Shown here piece after piece: positions 50,417-59,498 of a stretch of DNA of 64,000 nt (the stretch's first letter is position 1; each line of letters starts with the position of its first letter). The notes under the pieces are model-generated. The model saw only the letters and a list, made by a program, of their open reading frames with translations. It was not told the DNA's origin and ran no database searches. This stretch comes from Perna viridis. Taxonomy: Eukaryota. The position numbers and the translations under genes were made by a program. Location of the stretch: the NCBI GenBank assembly GCA_037379345.1, contig CM074516.1, forward strand, positions 10,974,001-11,038,000, read 5' to 3'.

Positions 50417-50953
50417 ATGTATGGTCAGTCCTACGTGTCAAATCCATCTCTTTGGCAAAACTTCTATAAGAATATGTCGGAAAATAAATTTAATGCATAC
50501 AAATATAGGAAAAATTAAAAAAAAAAACAGACAGGCAGAGGCATGTATGGAAGATACAGAGGGTCCTACATGATTCCAGTCAACCAAAACACAACCTCAG
50601 ACTCTACTCCTGTGGTTAAAACATCCGTGGTTTCGCCTATTGCGGCTGCGGAGAAAAGGGTAGAATCGCAAATGGAAGAAGAAAAGAAATTACAAAAACC
50701 TCGTGTGAAATTAATACAAAAACGTATAAAAAGAAAAAAACAAGACAAACACATCATTAAGAAAAAAGCTGACAAGAGGAGAACATCTTTACGATCTTCA
50801 GCAAAAGTAAATAAAAAGACACAGAGGAAAAAGGTCAATTCTAAGAAAAAACACAAGATATCAAGCTCAAGAAAATCAAAACCTCACAATAAGAAGCTTC
50901 ATTTTTATGATAGTGTTTGGGATCTTCCATTGATCAAGAAGAAAAAGAAATAA
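50417..50953 (+). CDS. Basic DNA-packaging/core-like protein; in-frame TAA at ~50516 between A-runs (ORF track start 50543)
   Basis: ATG 50417 is in frame with 50543; QTGRG adenain-type site; K/R-rich C-terminal half; sits between penton and MCP. Confidence 0.55.
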
Positions 50954-50954
50954 A

Positions 50955-52268
50955 ATGTCATTTTTAAGTGATGAGAATAAGGAAGTCGGCCAACCTATGG
51001 AACTGTCAATTTTCGCCTCTCCTCCGAACCAGGTTGCCATTGATAAAATTAACTACACCGAAGAAAGACCCATTTCTAACTTGTTGAACGATGGAACACC
51101 CGTTGAAATCGTAGTTTCCGGTGCTGGTAGCGATTATATAGATTTAAGAAAGAGTCGATTATATGTCAAACTTCAAATTGTAAAAGGAGATGGTTCCCCT
51201 CTTGTTGCAAAAGAAAAAACAGGTATCATCAATTTACCTTTGCAAAGTATGTTCTCACATATCGATATATACATGAACAACAAACTGGTCTCAGTGAACT
51301 CAAATAATTATCCGTGGAAAGCATATTTGAAGGTGATACTATCATCGGGTAAAGATGAACAGGAGTCGCAACTGCAAAGCCAATTGTTTATGAAAGACGA
51401 TGATCCAATGGACTCCGTCACACTGAATGCAGGGTTTGTTAACAGATACGAATTTACCAAAGAATCCAGAACTTTTGAATTGGAAGGAAATTTGTTAGAA
51501 GACGCCTTGAATTTGGAAGGAAAGTTGTTGATTAACGGTGTGGACATATACATGAAATTATTCAGGTCGAGTAGTCCGTTTTTATTGATCTCAGGGGAGT
51601 CAACACCTAACTACAAAGTTAAAATCCTAGACGTCTATTTTAAAACAGCCAGAGTAAAATTAGACCCTGGTGTCATCTTGAATCACAGAAATCAAATACG
51701 TGAAACTCCAGCAAAGTATGTCATTAACAGAAGCAATGTCATTCAAAACGCCATACCAAAAGGCTCTACCGAATTTTACTGGGACGGAATGTTTCCAAAG
51801 GCCATACCATCCAAGTTAGTTATTGGTCTTCTATCGCAGACGGGTGTTAACGGAGATTACACTAAAAATCCATTTCATTTTCAACATTTTAACATGAAGG
51901 AGGTGTCATTGAAAGTTAATGGGGTAGAAATATACGGAACACCTCTCAAGCTAGATTTTGGAGTCAACAGAAATTACAGTACACCGTATGTGAGACTTTT
52001 TGAAATAAGTGAAAAATGGAATAAAGATACAGGGTTAAACATATCTTATAGTGATTTTGGGGCAGGATATTGCCTGCTGGCTTTTTCTTTGGATCCTAGT
52101 TTAGACTTTCAAGAAGATTTCCTCAATTTAGTTAAACATGGCAACGCTAGATTAGAAATTAGATTTGGTACCGCTACTACTGAGACTATAAATTGTCTGT
52201 GTTACTATCAATCACAAGCCATTTTAACTGTAGACGAGTCCAGAGAAGTAAGGATCATAGAACCATGA
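50955..52268 (+). CDS. Major capsid protein (double jelly-roll, PY)
   Basis: ELSIF..PPNQVAI, YIDLRKSRLYVK, LQSMFS, YPWKAY, LINGVD, NPFHFQHFN, GNARLEIRF: Polinton MCP pattern, 437 aa. Confidence 0.92.
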   Translation: MSFLSDENKEVGQPMELSIFASPPNQVAIDKINYTEERPISNLLNDGTPVEIVVSGAGSDYIDLRKSRLYVKLQIVKGDGSPLVAKEKTGIINLPLQSMFSHIDIYMNNKLVSVNSNNYPWKAYLKVILSSGKDEQESQLQSQLFMKDDDPMDSVTLNAGFVNRYEFTKESRTFELEGNLLEDALNLEGKLLINGVDIYMKLFRSSSPFLLISGESTPNYKVKILDVYFKTARVKLDPGVILNHRNQIRETPAKYVINRSNVIQNAIPKGSTEFYWDGMFPKAIPSKLVIGLLSQTGVNGDYTKNPFHFQHFNMKEVSLKVNGVEIYGTPLKLDFGVNRNYSTPYVRLFEISEKWNKDTGLNISYSDFGAGYCLLAFSLDPSLDFQEDFLNLVKHGNARLEIRFGTATTETINCLCYYQSQAILTVDESREVRIIEP

Positions 52269-52735
52269 ACACAGATCAATTAAAAGGAATGTTAAACAGA
52301 TACAAATGCCTAAGAAACATACTTATTGACATCACAGCAATCAATGTTTTGCCAAAACGCACATCTTCCATTTATCCTCAGTTATATATCATCAATACAG
52401 ATCCTCTACCCAACCCTGGAAAGCACTGGGTGTGTGTGATTTTATACAATTATGGACAGCTCGATTATTTTGACAGTCTTGGAAATCCGGCACAATACTA
52501 CGGCAACGATCTGCATAATTTTTTTAAAAGGAACGGTCAGAAACATAATAATTCTGTGCAAAGACGTATACAATCGCTCTATTCGGATCTATGCGGTCTT
52601 TATGTGGTATATTTTGCAGTGATGAGACTATGTTTACATTTTTCAATCAGAGATATTTATCAGAGTTTCCATATCAATGACTTTAAGCAAAACGATAAGT
52701 TTATTTATATGTATTTTTCACAAGAGTTTTTTTAG
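52265..52735 (+). CDS. Adenain-like cysteine (maturation) protease
   Basis: NTDP...PGKHWV, YFDSLG, IQS..SDLCGLY (H-D-Q-C); ATG 52265 overlaps the MCP stop (ATGA). Confidence 0.92.
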   Translation: MNTDQLKGMLNRYKCLRNILIDITAINVLPKRTSSIYPQLYIINTDPLPNPGKHWVCVILYNYGQLDYFDSLGNPAQYYGNDLHNFFKRNGQKHNNSVQRRIQSLYSDLCGLYVVYFAVMRLCLHFSIRDIYQSFHINDFKQNDKFIYMYFSQEFF

Positions 52736-52795
52736 TAAATAAAATGATAATTCAAAGAATACTGGTTTTATTTTGTAAACAAACATCCCATTGTA

Positions 52796-53449
52796 ATGAC
52801 GTCGAAAAAAACACTCCTGCCGTTTTTCTCTCCAACTACTCTATGCATCGTAGGTCCGACCCAAAGTGGGAAAAGCATGTTCACCAAGAAATTGGTGGAA
52901 AACGCAGTTTCCATGTTTACCCTTCCTCCGGAGAAAATATTGTATGCCTATTCTGAACACCAAAAAATGTTCGACGAAATGCAAAACATACCAAATTTGA
53001 CATTTCATGAGGGGGTGCCGAGTAAACAATGTTTAGAAGAGCTAGCTCAGGATACAAAACACTGTTTAGTTATCCTTGACGACTTAATGTCAAAAATAGT
53101 TCAATCCGAAGAAATTTTACACCTTTTTACAATATCAAGTCATCATAAAGGAATTTCAGTGGCGTACTTAAGTCGGAATCTTTACACGCAGGGCAAATTT
53201 GCAAAGACTATTGCCCTCAATTCGGCAAATTTTGTTTTATTTCGTAATCCTAATATGAGACAAATCTTAACGTTTGCCTCTCAAATACTGCCAGGACAGA
53301 CCCGCTTTTTCTTAGATAGTTTTACAAAAGCTACCAAGGAAATGTATTCTTATCTCATGGTGGATTTGTCGACACATAGTAATAGGGAGTATATGCTCCG
53401 ATCTGGAATTTTTCCGGAAGATACATGTATTGTGTATAAACCTCAATAA
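52796..53449 (+). CDS. Packaging ATPase (FtsK/A32 family)
   Basis: Walker A GPTQSGKS, Walker B VILDDLM, SHHKGIS, LFRNP, YSYLMVD. Confidence 0.93.
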   Translation: MTSKKTLLPFFSPTTLCIVGPTQSGKSMFTKKLVENAVSMFTLPPEKILYAYSEHQKMFDEMQNIPNLTFHEGVPSKQCLEELAQDTKHCLVILDDLMSKIVQSEEILHLFTISSHHKGISVAYLSRNLYTQGKFAKTIALNSANFVLFRNPNMRQILTFASQILPGQTRFFLDSFTKATKEMYSYLMVDLSTHSNREYMLRSGIFPEDTCIVYKPQ

Positions 53450-53487
53450 AAATTATAAAATATCAAAAAACTTGGCATTGTTAAAAT

Positions 53488-53796
53488 ATGAGTCGTCGAA
53501 TGAAGACGCATGCCGCATTTATTAAATTTTTACATAATTCAACTGTGAAACAAAGAAAAGCAATTTTATCCAATCTTACTGACAAGGAAATTAATCTCTT
53601 GTCAGAAATTGCATTAAACATATTCAAGGGAGTATTACCTCACAGAGAAAACTACGTCAAGACATTAAAACCTTACAAATTGATCATTGCACGGCTTGCA
53701 CACAAATCCGAAAGCGGAGCTCAAAAGAAAAAACTCTTACTTCAAAATGTTAAAGTCGTTCCAAAACTTTTGAGACCTGTTCTTAAATACCTATGA
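53488..53796 (+). CDS. Conserved Polinton small basic protein
   Basis: KQRKAIL..INLLSEIALNIFKG..LKPYKLIIARLA..KKKLLLQ pattern; TATAAAA at ~53455. Confidence 0.7.
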   Translation: MSRRMKTHAAFIKFLHNSTVKQRKAILSNLTDKEINLLSEIALNIFKGVLPHRENYVKTLKPYKLIIARLAHKSESGAQKKKLLLQNVKVVPKLLRPVLKYL

Positions 53797-54077
53797 TGGC
53801 AAAAGAACTAGTCCTCATACCCAGAAAGAAGTACGAAGAACTGTGCAATCATGACAAAAAAAGTGACATTAATAAAAACACGGAACCGACAGAAAATTTT
53901 AAAAATTCTCAATCTGAGGATGTTGATAAAAAACCGGAACCGATAAATGATTCAGATGATCGTACTACTGTGCAGTCGGGGGAAGGGTTCGTCGTGAAAC
54001 AACGATCTATAGGCAGACTTCTAGGAATCTCCAACAGGGTATTAAAAAAGACAAATATACAATGGCTAAAATTTTAA
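53793..54077 (+). CDS. Maverick hypothetical protein (94 aa)
   Basis: MAKELVLIPRKKYEEL N-terminus, QSGEG motif, terminal WLKF; ATGA overlap with the upstream gene; AATAAA at the stop. Confidence 0.6.
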   Translation: MMAKELVLIPRKKYEELCNHDKKSDINKNTEPTENFKNSQSEDVDKKPEPINDSDDRTTVQSGEGFVVKQRSIGRLLGISNRVLKKTNIQWLKF

Positions 54078-54135
54078 TAAATATGTATATTTTTGTACAA
54101 ATAAAACAAAAGTTTGAGAATGTTACAGTTTTGTC

Positions 54136-56159
54136 TTATTTTGTGCAATATCCATAAGGTAAAGTTGAGAGGTTGCTTAGTAGACGTCTCTTAGTGTAGA
54201 CCATTCTGAAATCTTGTGCTCGATTCTGTTGTATAGTTTTCTTTTTAGCGCTAAGCGAGAAATTTTCCGAGGATTTGTTACTGTAATACAATGTTTGGTC
54301 TTTGCTACGACAATTTCTTTCATGGTTGAAAAGTTTATCAGGTCAGAGTTCGTCTTACTTTCCAAAGAAAAACCTCTGACCTTGCAAACTTGTCGCTGTG
54401 ATTTAGTTAAAAATGCATACGATTTAGGACCACTGGAAACAAATTTCGTGATGTGCCCATCCTCTGGGACTATTTCGTTTGTCAATTCGCCCAAATAATT
54501 ACCGATGGGTAATGTGTTTGTTATTGTTCGATCATTATCCACAAAAATGATTGAATCTGTATCCACGTACAGTGCTCTGTCTTGAGTCACTTCTAACAAT
54601 TCGTAAAGTCGTAATCTTGCCATACAGGTTGTGAAACTGGCCAAGAACACATTTGTTTTAAAATCTACTGGCAAGAAAGACGAATCGTCGGCATATTCCA
54701 GATGAATCATGTCATCACTAATGATGTGAAAATCAGAAACTTCTTTTGTAGAGTCACAAAGTAATTGGAAGAATTTATCCGCTTCAGTATCGTAAAAAAA
54801 CTTTGTTTGACTCATGTTCAAGCGCTGTCCAAACTTTCCCCAAAAACTGTTTAAACAAATTTTGGCCAAAGTACGTAATCCGGGATTCTTTTTTATCTGC
54901 TCATATTCAAGTTGGATTTTTTCCTTTTCCGCATATTTTGCAATATAATCTAATTTCTCTACTTCAGTTTTACATTCGCTAGGAAATCCCGATGCCTCTT
55001 GTTTTATTTTCAAAAACATATTCACATATCCGGCAAACAAACCTCCAGACGCTGTTTTTCGGTCGTATTCGCTTGTGTTCTTAAAATGATAGACTTCATA
55101 GAATTTCAATATTTTGTAACCTTTTGACACGGCCAATTCCAATTCAGGAGTACACCATGTTCCAATAATAGCTCTGTCGTTGTCAGGACATGTACACCTA
55201 TCTTGAAATTCTATTTCTGCACATCGTTTGCAAAGCGGAAATTTGAGTTTTCCGTCTGTTGTCGTATACGGTAAAACAGGGTGAAACAAATTTTTCGGAG
55301 GTAACACTTTCACCTTGGCCAACCCAAAATATTGTGACAGGTCTGCAAAATTGGAGGTGATGATTTCAGGATGTCCACATACATATTTTGCGTACTTGTT
55401 TACACTAGGGTACAAACTACAAAGAAAGAAAAAAATTAAATAGCCATTACAATTTTAATCTGAATGAATTTATAACACAGTAAAGTCCCGTTCCCATGAA
55501 CAGATTTAAGTAGGGATAAAAACTTTGCACATATGCAAATTTCCACCCAGGGGTATTTTTTATTCAAATTTGCTCCATGTGACAGTACCTAGTCCCTAGT
55601 CAGACCAGATGATGCAAGTTCATATTTGCACATGAGTAAATTTACTCCTAGGGTATATTTGGTAATGTGAACGGATAGTAAAACTTGCACCCTATCTTAA
55701 TGAAAAAATCACTGTGATATCAAGCTTTTATACCAAGTTAAGACTAAACACCCCTGAATAAATTTGTTCAAGGGAACGGGGCTTAAGTCTCAGTTTTAAT
55801 CAAATTAAAAGAACGTATTTACCTGGTGTAATCGAAATACTCAATGGTCTCTCCGGGTTTTTCTACCTCATGGTACAACTTTATGGCATTGGTCCGTCCT
55901 CCAAAAAAACTCTCTCTGGGATGTAGACGTTCTACAATGTCCAAGGTTCCAACAAATTCAGCCATTTCCTCATCCTGTTTGATATTTTTAAGATATTCGT
56001 GCTCCCAAATACATACGTATTTGTATCCTATGCGTTTTAGGTACATCTCCTTTCTTTTCGTTGCATAATATAACTCGTTCATTGTATGTTTTGTTAAAGG
56101 ATTTTTCGTTGTAGTCCTGTTTTCAGGGAAACAATGTTGGCATCCATGAACAACACACC
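54136..56159 (-). CDS. Protein-primed family B DNA polymerase, spliced (exons 56159-55823 and 55416-54136), 5' exons not found, 1-nt frameshift at ~54211
   Basis: GCVVHGCQHC and YVCIWEHE (Vsr-like insert), FFGGRT, YFDYTS|LYP, KICLNSFWGKFGQ, YVDTDS, GPKSY, KVRGF; true C-terminus YTKRRLLSNLSTLPYGY lies in the shifted frame. Confidence 0.9.
55417..55822 (-). other. GT-AG intron in pPolB motif A
   Basis: ..TAC ACC AG|gtaaat ... tttttttctttctttgtag|T TTG TAC CCT; removal restores DYTSLYP in frame. Confidence 0.9.
55484..55783. mobile_element. PIF/Harbinger-type MITE inside the pPolB intron
   Basis: TIR agtcccgttcccatgaacagattta / taaatttgttcaagggaacggggct; TAA on both sides (55481-83, 55784-86). 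Confidence 0.8.
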
Positions 56160-56638
56160 CTGAAATTGAAGTGAATACTTTTAATTGTGGTTATCCTACT
56201 TTTGCGCCTTTGCCGCGTCAGCTCATGCAATTTTACACACTTAGACCGTCCGCTTCTCGAATACCGCGCCGCGTCTCGAATGTCGCACCTCTCCCCCATC
56301 GCCGCCGTCGCCGCCGCCGTCCCTTCTTTTTTTCAAAATATGCAGACAGAGTCCTGGGAACATATGAAGAGACAGCCTCCATGATAAATATGGTCAATTT
56401 CGGTACAGAGGATAAGCAAAGCTGTTTATGAAAATAAATCTGTACGCATATGTTTATTGACTAAAAAAAGACTCCTATTATTTATTTTTGAAAAATCCAT
56501 CCATAAAAACATATCAGCAAGTCCATATTTTTTTCTATAACAGTTTTTAAAATGTGGAGAAGAAAAAAAAACACCTTATATAATATAAAAAAAACTATAA
56601 ATCTTATTGTCTCTGGTTGGTTTCACTTCATAGTTTCA

Positions 56639-56830
56639 TTATCCTGTCTCTTCTTTCAGCCAGATAATTGTTGAAGACAGTATCAATATACATCTCCTCC
56701 TCTGTCTTATGTAAAAGTTCAGTTTGTTTTGTGCATTTATGATCTTTTTATTGATTATTGTAATGGTTCCGGTTATGTTTTGAAGTTCAGCTTCATTAAG
56801 TGAGACCTTCTTTACCCACCGAAACCAACA
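56639..56830 (-). pseudogene. Diverged paralogue of the orphan gene's terminal exon
   Basis: VKKVSLNEAELQNITGTITIINKKIINAQNKLNF versus IKKVSLEEAEIQNLTGTITIINKKIINAHTKMNY; the shifted frame continues DTVFNNYLAERRDRIMK. Confidence 0.6.
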
Positions 56831-57128
56831 TTTCAAACCAGAGGACCAAACCCAAAAAATACAATAGACGGCTTCTCTAGAGATATCCGTCAAGGTGACT
56901 ATTATGGTCAATAGAGCAAAATTTGTTTTATGGAAACTAATTTGTATGCATCTGTGACACAGATACTTCCTAACAGGAAAAAAAAAGAAATCTGGTTTAC
57001 TATACCATTTATTTTAAAAACCCTACCCTATATATACATAAGTTGAATATATCCCACAATTTTTAATACAAAAATGTACAATAAATCCATTTCTATTCTA
57101 AGTTCATATTGATGGCTCCCTATATGTC

Positions 57129-59498
57129 TCATTTGTTTATTTTCATCAACAGCTTTTCTCTTCTTTCTGCAATAAAGTTATTGAAGAGCGTGTTTTCATA
57201 GATGTCCTCTTTTGTTGTTTTCAATAGCTCTTTTAAGTAATTCATTTTTGTATGAGCATTTATTATTTTTTTGTTAATTATAGTAATTGTCCCTGTTAAA
57301 TTCTGAATTTCTGCTTCCTCCAGGGATACCTTTTTTATCCTGCAAAAAAAAAGATACATATTTCAGTACGGTGAGTGATTTCGGCTCCTTGGAGCCTCTT
57401 GTTTTCAAATACAATAAATTTACCAAAGAGCGGTTTATTTTTTATAACAGCTCTAGTACCTGACAAATGCCATACTTTTCTGTCGTGCATAAGTATACGA
57501 AGGTTTAAAGGTAAAGCCTTGATCTATTTCAAAATAACATATGTGATTCAGTTTGAAATATTTCTTTAGCTATTATACTTTTCCATCTATTTATTGACAT
57601 AGTTGACATAGTTGAAAAATCTTTTAAAAAACCGGCAAAGAAAAGGGAATGACTCCCATATCATTTCAAATCTGATTTTGAAAGTTTAATTTTACTTGCG
57701 AGCTACATGATTTAATTATTAATAACAAAGTATAATTTGTTATCATAAATTTCATAAAATACTTTTGTTGCTGGTAAAACCCAGTTTACAAAATTATAAA
57801 TTTCATAAAATTATATTATAACGCTATTTTTCATAAAATACAATAAACTTACTTTACATGTATCATCTGAGGTCTCTCTGTTTCTTTCTCTGTCTCATGT
57901 TTCATCCGGGGTCTCTCTGTTTCTTTCTCTGTCTCATAGGGTTCTCCTTGTCTTTTGCGTTTACTGAGAAAAAAATAGTTGTATGTTTTACATCTTTTTT
58001 TAACTAAAAATTATTCAATCGTGTGAATTTGAAACAGATCGCATTTGAGTTTTTTTTCTAGTTAACCTTTCCCTCTTCTCCCCTTTAAAAAAATATCACT
58101 TTGTATGTCGCAATAGTCTTTCTTGTTCCAGGCTTTTTTGTCTACTGCGAGGTTGTATATCCATATACATTTTTTAAGAGTATGTGAAAAAAAAAATAGC
58201 TGTATGTTTTACATCTTTTTTTTAACTAAAAATTATTCAATCGTGTGAATTTGAAACAGATCACATTTGTGTTTTTTTTTCTAGTTAACCCTCCTCTCCC
58301 CCTTTAAAAAAAAATACATCACTTTGTTTGTCTCAATAGTCTTTCTTCTTCCAGGCTTTTTCGTGTACTACGAGGTTGTATGTCCTTATACTTTAGAGTA
58401 CGTGAATTTAAATGTGATTTTTAAACATATTGTATTTGAGTTATTTCCCCTTCCAAGTTGATACATAGATTATTAGAAGTTCTTACGGTGTTTTGTGAAA
58501 ATCTGTAGTGTCTTGCATCGTTGTTTCTCTATAAAATAATAATTGAATATCACTTTCATGACTTTGTATAGACATTTAAATATACAAGATTGCTACAGTA
58601 GCCGTATGCGCAATGTCATGCAAAAAAAGAAGAAAAAAAAAACATCCATAGTGGCTGACTTTTGAACTTGTCCCCATACAGTATAAATTTGGCTTTTTCA
58701 ATAATGTTGGTAGAGCGCCACTGATAAGTCTTGCATAGACGAAACGCGTGTCAGGCGTAGCAAATTTTAAAGCCTAGAACTTTGTTGTAGTTTTTTGTTT
58801 CAAACTTCCGTGTCGGTTAGCTCTGCTGGTGGTGTTTCAATTCCCCGACGAGGTTAGCCCACTCCGGCATCAAAACACTTTTGTGTTTACGAACGCATCA
58901 AAGCTTTGAAATTATCTGTTTAAATTTCAAAATTGAGACATAGGTTGATCTTAGGCCTAATTAGTGTTTGGCTTTTTGGAATTTTGTTGTATGCTTTGTT
59001 TCGATCAAACCCCCATAGAGAATAATATGTAAGTGCTCACGAAATGTAAAATACCAAATATTTTAATGTGGGATATTATTGAAGTATTTAATAAAATTTG
59101 TTCACGTCTCCTTGTCTTAATATCTGACTAACGTTTTTTTTGTTTCATACAAGTACAACAGTATCATTAGTTGAAATTTATATAAAAAAAATGAAATAAA
59201 GTATTCAATAGCCTTACAGTGTCTGTTCAAAATCCTTTAATGTGTCATCTCCTTTCATAGAAGCTTCCCTATAAAAAAAAATTCGTATAATTGCATTTAC
59301 ACGAAATTGATAAAATTTATTTTAGGCGACACCAAATCACTTTAAATTAAAGTAGGATTGCGATTTTTAGCAAAAAAAATTCTCATCAACTATTCCTTCT
59401 CTTACATAAAAATCATCACATACTTCTAGGTAAAAAAATAAAAGTGAAACAAATAATAAAATAAAGTTAACTTACAGTTGGATCATTCTCTGTGCCAT
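57129..59498 (-). CDS. Five-exon orphan gene inside the Maverick (145 aa)
   Basis: Exons 59498-59476, 59268-59218, 58528-58487, 57963-57853, 57339-57129; every donor is gtaag, every acceptor is a T-tract plus AG, all phase 2; 438 nt open. Confidence 0.7.
58713..58760 (+). ncRNA. Degenerate type-I hammerhead ribozyme (Penelope pLTR relic, ~58680-58900)
   Basis: cgcc-a-CTGATAA-gtct tgcat agac-GAAA-cgcgtgTC-a-ggcg; stems I and II pair; core CUGAUGA reads CUGAUAA. Confidence 0.65.

Noticed and set aside
49975-50420. cag immediately before the ATGs of the penton and core genes as adenovirus-like late splice acceptors
   Set aside because: No polypyrimidine tracts, unlike the clear acceptors in pPolB and the orphan gene; not supportable from sequence alone.
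56171-56431. Plus-strand Arg-rich ORF (HRRRRRRP) as a protamine-like gene
   Set aside because: GTG start and derived from a gcc-rich low-complexity patch; no further support.
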